Positions 24,008 to 36,800 of a DNA stretch of 64,000 nucleotides are shown one piece after another (within the stretch, counting starts at the first letter, position 1; the number at the start of each line of letters is the position of its first letter). The translations under genes were made by a program, and so were the position numbers. This stretch comes from Macrostomum lignano (lineage: Eukaryota): the NCBI GenBank assembly GCA_002269645.1, contig NIVC01000019.1, positions 868,001 to 932,000 on the forward strand. The letters run 5' to 3'. Under the pieces are notes generated by a model. That model was given only the letters and a program-made list of their open reading frames with translations, did no database searches and was not told the origin of the DNA.

Positions 24008-25828
24008 ATGCAACTCGCCGCTATCACTGCCGCGCAATGCCGCTGCGGCCATCGCAGGCTGCTTCCGCCAAGATCATTAGCTAAATTCTTGTATTCTCGT
24101 GGATGCAGCAGCGAGTCCCCATCTCAGCAGCAGCAGCAATCCGGCCTGCCTATCATTCGTCTGTCGCCTAATCCGTTAATCCGCTCTCCTGGCGGCCTAT
24201 TTCGCAATATCGGCAACCGGATTAAACTGGCTCTACTGAGCACGGCTAGTCGCGATCGGGAATTGACGCCTCGTAGCTTTGCGGACGCTTGCCGCGACCT
24301 CCTGCCAGTCATTGTTGACGGCTTGGCCGCCGCTGACCGGGGAGACGATTCGTTGAGCGGACTGCTCAGCCCCGAGTGCCTGAGTATGGCCAAGGATTAT
24401 TACAGCAGGATGAATGATGAGCAGCGGGAACAGCTGGCTAGAATGGCCAGTAACATCATTGTGGCCAATATTGAGGTTTGTGGGGCTGCTTGTTTTAGAG
24501 GGGCATTGTGCCTCTCCTGTTGTTTTAGTTGGTAATATTGGTCATAGCAGTTTCAGTTGGTCATATTTGTTTCAATTGGTCATAGCAGTTTCAAATGGTC
24601 ATAGCAGTTTCAACTGGTCATAGTAGTTTCAGTTGGTCATAGTAGTTTCAAATGGTCATAGCAGTTTCAGTTGGTCATAGTAGTTTCAAATGGTCATAGC
24701 AGTTTCAATTGGTCGTAGTAGTTTCAGCTGGTCATGGTAGTTTCATTTGGTCATAGTAGTTTCAACTGGTCATAGTAGTTTCAGTTGGTCATAGTAGTTT
24801 CAACTGGTCATAGCAGTTTCAGTTGGTCATATTAGTTTCAGTTGGTCATAGCAGTTTCAATTGGTCATAGTAGTTTCAATTGGTCATAGCAGTTTCAACT
24901 GGTCATAGTAGTTTTAGTTGGTCATAGTAGTTTCAACTGGTCATAGTAGTTTCAGTTGGTCATAGTAGTTTCAAATGGTCATAGTAGTTTCAGTTGGTCA
25001 TAGTAGTTTCAACTGGTCATAGTAGTTTCAGTTGGTCATAGTAGTTTCAATTGGTCATAGTAGTTTCAGTTGGTCATAGTAGTTTCATTTGGTCATAGCA
25101 GTTTCAGTTGGTCATAGTAGTTTCAGTTGGTCATAGCAGTTTCAATTGGTCATAGTAGTTTCAATTGGTCATAGCAGTTTCAACTGGTCATAGTAGTTTT
25201 AGTTGGTCATAGTAGTTTCAACTGGTCATAGTAGTTTCAGTTGGTCATAGTAGTTTCAAATGGTCATAGTAGTTTCAGTTGGTCATAGTAGTTTCAACTG
25301 GTCATAGTAGTTTCAGTTGGTCATAGTAGTTTCAATTGGTCATAGTAGTTTCAGTTGGTCATAGTAGTTTCATTTGGTCATAGTAGTTTCAATTGGTCAT
25401 GGCAGTTTCAATTGGTCATGGCAGTTTCACAGCCGACCCGCCACCCCCCCCCCCCCCCGCTGCAGTCCCTGGGCGGCCTGCCGCAGCATTTTTCCAAGCT
25501 AAGCGGCAACTTCAATGGCGAGGGGCAGCCAGCAACCGGCGTGATGGTTGTCGATGCTAGAATGACTCTGCTTGGCAGCTTGAAGAGGCCTGCTGCCGAC
25601 CAGCTGATGATGATGGTGCTGCAGCTCATGAGCTCAACGCCAAAGGACCCGGACACTTTAGAGCACGGATTCGTGTGGAGTCTGGGCCTGCAGAGAACCT
25701 TCATCTTTCCGCCCGGCTCAGATAGTGTCCGCTCGCCAAGCGGGCAAGAATATTCGGACAATGGCTGGCTGGTTGACAATGTCAATGTCATGATGTTAAA
25801 AGATTGGGTGCAACTAGTGCAAAACTAA
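24008..25828 (+). CDS. Probable mitochondrial MAIP1 (C2orf47)/Tim44-like protein, 2 exons (24008-24475, 25466-25828), ~276 aa
   Basis: Phase-0 GT-AG intron. The N-terminus is Arg-rich, like a targeting peptide. The PNPL..IKL..L...D.E...SF...C...LSGLLS.ECL and final LQRTF...WLVDNVN patterns resemble MAIP1 from memory; no search was run. Confidence 0.55.
24535..25425. repeat. Intronic minisatellite, 19-bp unit TGGTCATAGTAGTTTCA(A/G)T
   Basis: ~46 copies fill the single intron. Confidence 0.96.
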
Positions 25829-26109
25829 TTCTGCTTTGCTTAACCTTAGTAACCGCAGTAGTTGTAAATTATAATATTTCATTGCCTGATAATTTTTATG
25901 TAATCCTTTATCACTTAAATGAAGTACAAATGAAGTTTTCAACATCAATAAATATAGCAGACCCCAGTCTACATGGCTTTCTTGTTCCAGCAGTTTCTGA
26001 GAGTCTGCTTTTATTCTTGTCAATTTACACTTATTAATCTGGATGCGGGCTATTTGCGACGTGACCACCTAGTGTTCGAGCGTATAGGCAAGGCTGTTCG
26101 GTAACCTAA

Positions 26110-27245
26110 AGAAGAGGAGCGGAGGGGAGGAGAGGAGAGGAACAGAGGAGGGGAGGAGAGGAACATAGGAGCGGAGGGGAGGACAGGAACAGAGTAGCGG
26201 AGGGGGGGAGAGGAACATAGGAGCGGAGGGGAGGAACATAGGAGCGGAGGGGAGGAACAGAGGAGCGGAGGGGAGGAACATAGGAGCGGAGGGGAGGAAC
26301 AGAGTAGCGGAGGGGAGGAGAGGAACATAGGAGCGAAGGGGAGGGGAGGAACATAGGAGCGGAGGGGAGGACAGGAACAGAGTAGCGGAGGGGAGGAGAG
26401 GAACATAGGAGCGGAGGGGAGGAACAGAGGAGCGGAGGGGAGGAACAGAGGAGCGGAGGGGAGGAGAGGAACACAGGAGCGGAGGGGAGGAACATAGGAG
26501 CGGAGGTGGGGGAACAGAGGAGCGGAGGGGAGGAACATAGGAGCGGAGGGGAGGATCAGAGGAGCGGAGGGGAGGATCAGAGGAGCGGAGGGGAGGAACA
26601 TAGGAGCGGAGGGGAGGAACAGAGGAGCGGAGGGGAGGATCAGAGGAGCGGAGGGGAGGAACATAGGAGCGGAGGTGGGGGAACAGAGGAGCGGAGGGGA
26701 GGAACATAGGAGCGGAGGGGAGGAACATAGGAGCGGAGGGGAGGAACAGAGGAGCGGAGGGGAGGAACATCGGAGGGGAGGAACAGAGGAGCAGAGGGGA
26801 GGAACATAGGAGCGGAGGGGAGGAACAGAGGAGCGGAGGGGAGGAACAGAGGAGCAGAGGGGAGGAACATAGGAGCGGAGGGGAGGAACATAGGAGCGGA
26901 GGGGAGGATCAGAGGAGCAGAGGGGAGGAACATAGGAGCGGAGGGGAGGAACATAGGAGCGGAGGGGAGGAACATAGGAGCGGAGGGGAGGAACAGAGGA
27001 GCGGAGGGGAGGAACATCGGAGGGGAGGAACAGGGGAGCAGAGGGGAGGAACATAGGAGCGGAGGGGAGGAACAGAGGAGCGGAGGGGAGGAACAGAGGA
27101 GCAGAGGGGAGGAACATAGGAGCGGAGGGGAGGAACATAGGAGCGGAGGGGAGGAACATAGGAGCGGAGGGGAGGAACATAGGAGCGGAGGGGAGGATCA
27201 GAGGAGCGGAGGGGAGGAACAGAGGAGCGGAGGGGGAGGAACATA
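26110..27245. repeat. Intergenic purine-rich minisatellite, 21-bp unit GAGGGGAGGAACATAGGAGCG with longer variants
   Basis: ~50 copies. Confidence 0.95.
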
Positions 27246-28215
27246 GCATTTCATGTCTCATTAATTGTCTTAAAAATGAATTTTGCCAGTTTTTTATTGC
27301 AGTTTTCGCAATTCACTTCTACTAAGCCAATCCAGCCCTTGCCAGAAGCATCAGATGCAGACTTATCTGCTTCTATCTAGTCGTAGCGTATTTACTGCAA
27401 ACTACTCTTTCTCTTGAAGGTTATGGAGAGGTCCTAGGACGAGAGCAGTTCAATGGCTTGTCATATGAAGTAAATTTTTCAACTTTTTATTTAATACAAT
27501 AATGCTCTTCTAGCCCCGTGGATTTTGTATTGTTATGCTTGGTAATGCAGTGCAGTATCAATGTTTATTAGGCTCTGGGTGGTAGACCTAGAAGGGTAAA
27601 GAATGTACAAGCCCAATTGCGCGTACATTACAGCTTCAATAGGTTAGCTTAGATGATGAAAAGAAGCTAAAATAATCTTAACTGTGAGAGTCTGGAGTGG
27701 TTGGTTGCTAGTAGAGGTATGAATAAATATGTGCATAACTATTGCCTTAAACTAGTATGTACATGCAAGTACAGGGCCGTTGGATAGAGAAGGCTAAGCA
27801 CAGTCTATGCTCGCCCATTGGTTCTGCCTCTCGAGCTTGTCATTCCTGTCATGGACTTCTGGATCTCAACGTATTGGACTGGAAACTATCAGTATATAAA
27901 CACACTAGTATAATTTCGCTGTGATTTAATCCCATAAGTTTTGTTAGATAGAAAAATTAGCATCAGTTTATTTTCTAAATTCTTTCTCTGTCTTCGTTTG
28001 TAAAAGAAATTAATTTAAGGCACGATAATTAGTTTGACAACAAGTTTCCAATCCAGATTCTATGATACGCTTAGTTGTCCATGATCACAGCCTCATCTAT
28101 ATTAGCTGCTATTTTTTATTTGCTTCTTACATCTGCCTCGTAATATAATTTTCAGCGCTAGGCTAATTTGAACAGTTTGATGCGATTGCGTTTACCATAA
28201 GGCCTGTCTGTTGAA

Positions 28216-30322
28216 ATGCTTCAACAATCGTTGTCGCAGCAGCTGCTGTTGCTGCTCCTGCTGCTTGTCTGCTCCGCCGAGCTGGTCGCCTCGGCCACAG
28301 GGGAGTCCACGACTCCCGCCAGCTCCCGTAACAGCACTGGGGGCGGTGCTCACTCCAACGAGTCCCACCAGTGCGTGCTCGGCTCCCTGATCTGTGTTCA
28401 CGACGACTTGAAGCCGTTTCTAGTCACGGCTCTGTGGCTTTTGTTCCTTGTTGTGCTGCTGCTGGTATTTGAACGGACCGAGCACGCCCAGCATCATGTG
28501 CAGCATCCGCATCCGGCTGTCAGCATTGATGACGCGGCTAGCGAGGTGTCCGCCACCTTGCGGAGTCGCCTGTATAAGGTTGGTTAGTTGTGCGATTCTT
28601 TGTGTGCCATTCTCATTATAGAATTCGTGTTATTCTATGGTATGAGTGCCATTTCTATGGTATGAGTGCCATTTCTATGGTATGAGTGCCATTTCTATGG
28701 TATGAGTGCCATTTCTATGGTATGAGTGCCATTTCTATGGTATGAGTGCCATTTCTATGGTATGAGTGTCATTTCTATGGTATGAGTGCCATTTCTATGG
28801 TATGAGTGCCATTTCTATTATATGAGTGCCATTTCTATGGTATGAGTGCCATTTCTATGGTATGAGTGCCATTTCTATGGTATGAGTGCAATTTCTATGG
28901 TATGAGTGCCATTTCTATGGTATGAGTGTCATTTCTATGGTATGAGTGCCATTTCTATGGTATGAGTGTCATTTCTATGGTATGAGTGCCATTTCTATGG
29001 TATGAGTGCCATTTCTATGGTATGAGTGTCATTTCTATGGTATGAGTGCCATTTCTATGGTATGAGTGCCATTTCTATGGTATGAGTGCCATTTCTATGG
29101 TATGAGTGCCATTTCTATGGTATGAGTGCCATTTCTATGGTATGACTGCAATTTCTATGGTATGAGTGCCATTTCTATGGTATGAGTGCAATTTCTATGG
29201 TATGAGTGCCATTTCTATGGTATGAGTGCCATTTCTATGGTATGAGTGCCATTTCTATGGTATGAGTGCCATTTCTATGGTATGAGTGCCATTTCTATAT
29301 TGAGTGCCATTTTCATTGGCATTCATTTAGAGTGGCATATTCTTGGTACAAGCGCTATTTCCAGTGCATCGGTGCCAGTCCGATAGTATTTATACAGGTG
29401 CATTATACAGTGACGTTCAACTTCTTTATACAGGTGCGCAGATTCTGCAACAAAGTGCTGCTGCACGGCATCAAGGAATACCTGCCCACCAGCTGTCTGC
29501 AGATCCTGCTGGGCTTGGCTTTCGCTGGCGCATTTCAACTATCCGGCTACCACATCGACCACCTGGAGAATCTGAACCCAGGCCTGTTCTTTCACTTCCT
29601 GCTGCCAATCATCATTATTAATGCCGGCTTTGGCGTTGAGAAGCGGCATTTTTATTTCAATCTGCCGGCTATTCTATCCTTCGCTGTTATTGGTGAGTCT
29701 TTGTGCTGCCTGCTGTCTTTGTTGTCTGTGCTAGATGAGTCTTTGTTGTCTGCGCTAGATGTGTCTGTTGTCTGTGCTAGATGAGTCTTTGTTGTCTGTG
29801 CTAGACGAGTCTTTGTTGTCTGTGCTAGATGTGTATTTGTTGTCTGTGCTAGATGTGTATTTGTTATCTGTACTAGACAAGTCTTTGTTGTCTTGTGCTG
29901 TAAGTTGGTGCTGATCAGCTTGACCGCAGATTTCTCATATATTTTTCAGGCACCATCATTGTGGCCCTGGTGATTGGCTACTGCATCTACGCCATGTCCA
30001 TCATAGACCCCAGCCCGTTCAGCTTGCTGAAGAATGTCACCAAAATCGAGGCGCTCACCTTTGGCGCCCTGATTTCGGCAGTGGACCCGGTAGCCGTGCT
30101 GGCCCTGTTTGAGCGAATGCACCTGAATAAACCTCTGTACATGACACTGTTTGGCGAGTCCGTGCTCAACGATGCCGTGTCTGTGGTGAGCTGGCTGACT
30201 GACTGATAGGCAGATGGCAGACAGACAGACAGACAGACAGACAGACACACAGACAGACAGACACTAAGACACACAGACAGACACACAGACAGACAGACAC
30301 ACAGACAGACAGACAGACACTA

Positions 30323-30355
<33 letters not shown>

Positions 30356-30356
30356 C

Positions 30357-30411
<55 letters not shown>

Positions 30412-30412
30412 C

Positions 30413-30451
<39 letters not shown>

Positions 30452-30454
30452 CTA

Positions 30455-30535
<81 letters not shown>

Positions 30536-30556
30536 CACAGACAGACAGACAGACAC

Positions 30557-30595
<39 letters not shown>

Positions 30596-30794
30596 CTAAG
30601 ACAGACAGACAGACACACAGACAGACACACAGACAGACAGACACTAAGACAGACACTAAGATAGACAGACAGACAGACAGACACTAAGACAGACAGACAG
30701 ACAGACACACAGACAGACAGACAGACACACAGACAGACAGACACACAGACACACACACAGACAGACAGACAGACAGAGAGACAGACAGACAGAC

Positions 30795-30855
<61 letters not shown>

Positions 30856-33800
30856 CACTCTCAGATTCACCCGCACCGAATCTGCAATCTCCCCGCCCCG
30901 CAGGTGCTGTACAACATGTTCACCCAGGCCAAAGCAGCCATGGTCAGCCACGGCGTGGAAGAGTGGCACCCGACCTCCATAGAGATAGCCGGCACCGCTG
31001 TGTACAGCATTCACGTTGCCGTCACCGGCTTAATCATTGGCATCGCTTGCGGCGTCCTGGCGTCCGGCCTGATGCGCATCCTGCCCAATGCCGGCAATCA
31101 GAACCTGGCCGTGCTCATTGTGGTCATCTCCGGCTACCTCAGCTTCTACTTAGCTGAGCTCATTGCCGCATCTGGCATTCTATCGTGAGTTCTAGATCTA
31201 GATTAATCAACTCATGATATGCCCCGCTCATATATGCTTTGCCTGAAAAATCAAATTTTCAGCACATTCGTCTGCTCAATTGTGATGTCAATCTACCTGG
31301 CCAACCTGACTCCAATCTCTCAGAGCTTTCTTCGTCAGAGTACTAAAAGCTACGCTGAAATCTCCGAAGGCTTTATTTACCTGGTTATGGGCGTGTCGGC
31401 TCTGCAATTATTCTTTGGCACAAGCACTCCGAGCAATGTTATTGATGTGCCGTTCATATTTATCACTCTGTTTCTGTGCATTGTGCTCCGGTTTGCTTGT
31501 GAGTACTTTTTCTTTATTATGTCTATTGTTTTTAAATTTGTTTCCCTATTGACTCACGTCACGACTGAGTGTGAGTCACCTTTGACTCGTGTCACAGCTG
31601 AGTGTGATTCACATTTGACTCGTTTCACAGCTGAGTGTGAGTCACCTTTGACTCGTGTCACAGCTGAGTGTGAGTCACCTTTGAATCGTGTCACAGCTGA
31701 GTGTGAGTCACATTTTACTCATGTCACAGCTAAGGGTGGGTCACATTTGACTCGTGTCACAGCTGATGGTGGGTCACTAATAACTCATGTCACAGATGAG
31801 GGTGAGTCACATTTGACTCGTGTCACAGCTGAGTGAGTCACATTTGACTCATGTCACAGCTAAGGGTGAGTCACATTTGACTCATGTCACAGCTGAGTGT
31901 GAGTCACATTTGACTCATGTCACAGCTAAGGGTGGGTCACATTTGACTCATGTCACAGCTGAGTGTGAGTCACCTTTGACTCGTGTCACAGCTGAGTGTG
32001 AGTCACATTTGACTCATGTCACAGCTAAGGGTGGGTCACATTTGACTCGTGTCACAGCTGATGGTGGGTCACTAATAACTCATGTCACAGATGAGGGTGA
32101 GTCACATTTGACTCGTGTCACAGCTGAGTGAGTCACATTTGACTCATGTCACAGCTAAGGGTGAGTCACATTTGACTCATGTCACAGCTAAGGGTGAGTC
32201 ACATTTGACTCATGTCACAGCTAAGGGTGGGTCACATTTGACTCATGTCACAGCTGAGTGTGAGTCACATTTGACTCATGTCACAGCTAAGGGTGGGTCA
32301 CATTTGACTCATGTCACAGCTGAGTGTGAGTCACCTTTGACTCGTGTCACAGCTGAGTGTGAGTCACATTTGACTCATGTCACAGCTAAGGGTGGGTCAC
32401 ATTTGACTCGTGTCACAGCTGAGTGAGTCACATTTGACTCGTGTCACAGCTGAGTGTGAGTCACATTTGACTCATGTCACAGCTAAGGATGGGTCACTGA
32501 TGACTTATGTCACAGCTGATGGTGGGTCACTAATGACTCATGTCACAGCTGAGAGTGGGTCGCTGATTACTACTGATACCACAGCTGAGATCTAAGCTGA
32601 GGGTTGGTCACTGATGACTCATACCACAGCTAGTAAATTTGTTAAACGTTGATCCAACAAGCCTATTACTAAATCATTTGAACTGCAGGTGTCTACGGCA
32701 TTGGCTACTTGCTCAAGCTCGGCTCTTTAACCGAACTTCGAGCTTCTGATTTCTTTATTCTTTCCTACGGCGGCCTTCGGGGCGCGATCGCGCTGGCGCT
32801 CAGTCTAATGCTGGATCGGGGGCACTATAAATTTGCGAATCACTTTTTTGCTTGCACCATGATGATGGTGCTGCTGACCTGCTTCATCAATGTGAGAGGA
32901 CTGCTGGCTGCTGTTTGACCTTGAGCTTGATCACCTCAGACTCCAGTGTAGGGTGGAACACATTTGATTATAGGATGGAACAAAGACTCCAGTATAGGGT
33001 GGAACAAAGACTTCAGTACAGGATAAAAGAAAGACTCCATTCTAAGATGGAATAAAGACTCTAATGTAGACTGAAATACAGACTATTATAGGAAGGAACA
33101 AAGACTCCAGTGTAGGATGAAACAAAGACTCCATTGTAAGATGGAATAAAGACTCTAGTATAAAATTGAACAAAGACTGCAGTATAGGATTAAACAAAGA
33201 CTCGCGTTCAGGCTTGCTTCTTTGTCTTTATTCTAGGATAAAAAAAGTCGTTCATTTTCGTCACTGATTTTTAGGGCATATCGCTGAAGCCGCTCATCAT
33301 GCTGGCCAAAATTGAAATTGACGAAAGCGTGGAGGACAGCCTCTGGGACCAGATTATGAATAGGGTGAGTGTATTGTATTTGTGGCGAATTTTGCATTTC
33401 ATTTACTCTCGTCGCTTCTTTCTCTGCTATTAACTCCTCTGCTTAAAACAAATTTATTCATTTGATTTAACTCAGACATGCGACTACGTGGGCTTCTTCA
33501 TGGGCTCGCTAACAGGCTATCAGCCTCTGATGAAGCGCATCTACCTAGGGTGAGTTGCTTTTGTGATCCGTCTGCTTCTTATGGATAATGTAGCTAGGCG
33601 AATCTCCTCCCAGATCCTCAGTTGCTGGGCCAGCCTCCCAGATCCTCAGCTGCTGGGCCAGCCTCCCAGATCCTCAGCTGCTGGGCCAGCCTCCCAGATC
33701 CCCAGTTGCTGGGCCAGCCTCCCAGATCCTCAGCTGCTGGGCCAGCCTCCCAGATCCTCAGCTGCTGGGCCAGCCTCCCAGATCCTCAGCTGCTGGGCCA

Positions 33801-36800
33801 GCCTCCCAGATCCCCAGTTGCTGGGCCAGCCTCCCAGATCCTCAGCTGCTGGGCCAGCCTCCCAGATCCTCAGCTGCTGGGCCAGCCTCCCAGATCCTCA
33901 GCTGCTGGGCCAGCCTCCCAGATCCTCAGCTGCTGGGCCAGCCTCCCAGATCCTCAGCTGCTGGGCCAGCCTCCCAGATCCTCAGCTGCTGGGCCAGCCT
34001 CCCAGATCCTCAGTTGCTGGGCCAGCCTCCCAGATCCTCAGTTGCTGGGCCAGCCTCTCAGATCCTCAGTTGCTGGGCCAGCCTCCCAGATCCTCAGTTG
34101 CTGGGCCAGCCTCCCAGATCCTCAGTTGCTGGGCCAGCCTCTCAGATCCTCAGTTGCTGGGCCAGCCTTCCAGATATCCAGGTGCTTGGCCAGCCTCCCA
34201 GATCCTCAGTTGCTGGGCCAGCCTCCCAGATCCTCAGTTGCTGGGCCAGCCTCCCAGATCCTCAGTTGCTGGGCCAGCCTCTCAGATCCTCAGTTGCTGG
34301 GCCAGCCTTCCAGATATCCAGGTGCTTGGCCAGCCTCCCAGATCCTCAGTTGCTGGGCCAGCCTCCCAGATCCTCAGTTGCTGGGCCAGCCTCCCAGATC
34401 CTCAGTTGCTGGGCCAGCCTCCCAGATCCTCAGTTGCTGGGCCAGCCTCCCAGATCCTCAGTTGCTGGGCCAGCCTCTCAGATTCTCAGTTGCTGGGCCA
34501 GCCTCCCAGATCCTCAGTTGCTGGGCCAGCCTCCCAGATCCTCAGTTGCTGGGCCAGCCTCTCAGATCCTCAGTTGCTGGGCCAGCCTTCCAGATATCCA
34601 GGTGCTTGGCCAGCCTCCCAGATCCTCAGTTGCTGGGCCAGCCTCCCAGATCCTCAGTTGCTGGGCCAGCCTCCCAGATCCTCAGCTGATGGGTTTGAAA
34701 AGTAAAACTTGCATTAACGGCAAGCTACCAGTGCATACATTTGCTCTCTCTCACTCGCTGCCTCATTCAGTTGGAACCGGTTCAACGACAAGTATCTTCG
34801 GCGCGCCCTGCTGAAATCGAAGGTATACAACGAAGCTCAAGACGAGGGCATCTACGAGCTGCACCGCAAAATTGTAGCCGACGAATTTCTAAAATTTGCT
34901 ACTCAAAGCAAGTCGCTCATCGATTTGAATGCCCTGCGCTCAGACTCCATGGTGTATGCCATTCGCAGAGTCAGCTCTATGGGGTGAGTGAGGCGCGGTT
35001 TCCGGAGCGCCTGGGTGCACACTAATGGGTCACAGTGGGTCACATATTGAGCCACAAAGCGGGGTTGCATGAGAGATCACATATGGGGCAGGTGCAAAGT
35101 GGGTCACAGTTGTTCGCATGTAGGGTACAAGTACATAGAGCGTAACAGTGGATCACATGTGGAGCGCATAGTGGGTCGCATGTGGGTCGCAAAGTGGGTC
35201 ACTTGGGTGTCGCATATTGCGTCAAATTGGGTCACATGTAAGTTGCATAGTGGGTCACAGTGGTTTACATGTAGGGCACAAAGGCGTCATGGTGGGTCAA
35301 ATTTAGGTCGCATAGTGAGTCACATGTGTAAATCGCAAAGTGGGTCACATGTTAGGGCATATAGTGTGTCACATATGGGGCACATATTAGGTCACATGGG
35401 AGTCGCACATTGCGTCAAAGTGGGTCACATGTGGAGCGCAGAGTGGGTCAGTTGGTCACACAGTGCTTCACAGGACGACCAGCCATATAGGGTGAATAGT
35501 GCTTCACAGTGGGTCACAATGGGTCACATGTGGAGTGCATAGTGGATCACAGGAACCATTCTGTCAGCAAGACTATCGCTAACGAGCCCGCAACGCGCAC
35601 CCCTCCCCCCCCCAGCAACACCGGCATGGTGCACTCCGCCTCATCGCATCGCAGTCTCAACCTGCCGCCAATAGTCCGCCAGGCGTTGTCAGTCGGCGAA
35701 ACCCTTGACCAGCTGGATACCGACACCTACCAGCAGGAGCACAACAATCCCGTGCTGGATATGGAGGCCCTTAGCAACAACCTGGCTAAATCCGAGCGCG
35801 ACCAGGACGACCAGCAGAATCACCACCGGCATTTCATGCGCGACAATCGCATCATCAATCCGCGCTCATGGCAGGACAAAAACCACAAGCCGACCGGGTC
35901 CTCCTCTGCCAACAATCTGGAGGCTCTGGCCAAGCAGCAGCAGCAGTCTGGGGATCAGCTGCACCCGCCTCACCTGTCCGCCAATCCCCGGGTCAAATTC
36001 TCCATCAACGCCGATCTGGACGATGACGAAGCCGACGACGACAATGCCGACGCTAAGAGCGCCAGCTCCGGCACGATTCAATTCCTCACTACTGGCGATG
36101 AGAAGCCGGAGAAGTCGGAGAAGCAGCAGCAACAGGATGAGGCACATCCAGCTGCTGCAGAAGACTCCGAGAGCACTCTGCCCTATGCGTCTCGCTACTA
36201 TGCGCATCATCCGCACATTATCCAGCTGCCGAGGCACAGTCGCAATAATCTAGAGATGTCAACCATTGTTCGCAAAGGCAGCGACGCGGCCCTGTTGGAT
36301 CCGGCTGCTGCCGCCGCCGTAACTTCAGCGGCCTCGGCTACTGGCAGCGGAAACGGCCGGCTGGGCAAGAAAAAGTCGGTCAGCTTTGCGATGCTGTCCC
36401 CGGATCAGGGTGAGTTCATTCTGTACTCTGAAGATTTCTGTGGCATTTGGTTTCTGCTATTTTGTGTAGTATGAGTAATTAGCTTTCGTAATAGGCTCTA
36501 AAGCGCTTCGATGTACACCTTGTCTATCCGTCAATGTGCAGTGGATGGCCTCTATCTTCAGTGTAGCCTGTCTATGGCCTCTATCTCCATTCTAGCCTGT
36601 CTATGGCCTCTATCTCCATTCTAGCCTGTCTATGGCCTCTATCTTCAGTGTAGCCTGTCTATGGCCTCTATCTCCATTCTAGCCTGTCTATGGCTTCTAT
36701 CTTCAGTGTAGCCTGTCTATGGCCTCTATCTTCAGTGTAGCCTGTCTATGGCCTCTATCTCCATTCTAGCCTGTCTATGGCCTCTATCTCCATTCTAGCC

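Noticed and set aside
33550-34770. Retention of NHE intron 8 (stop-free 28-mer) giving a repeat-containing isoform
   Set aside because: Read-through of the donor hits TGA immediately (CTA GGG TGA).
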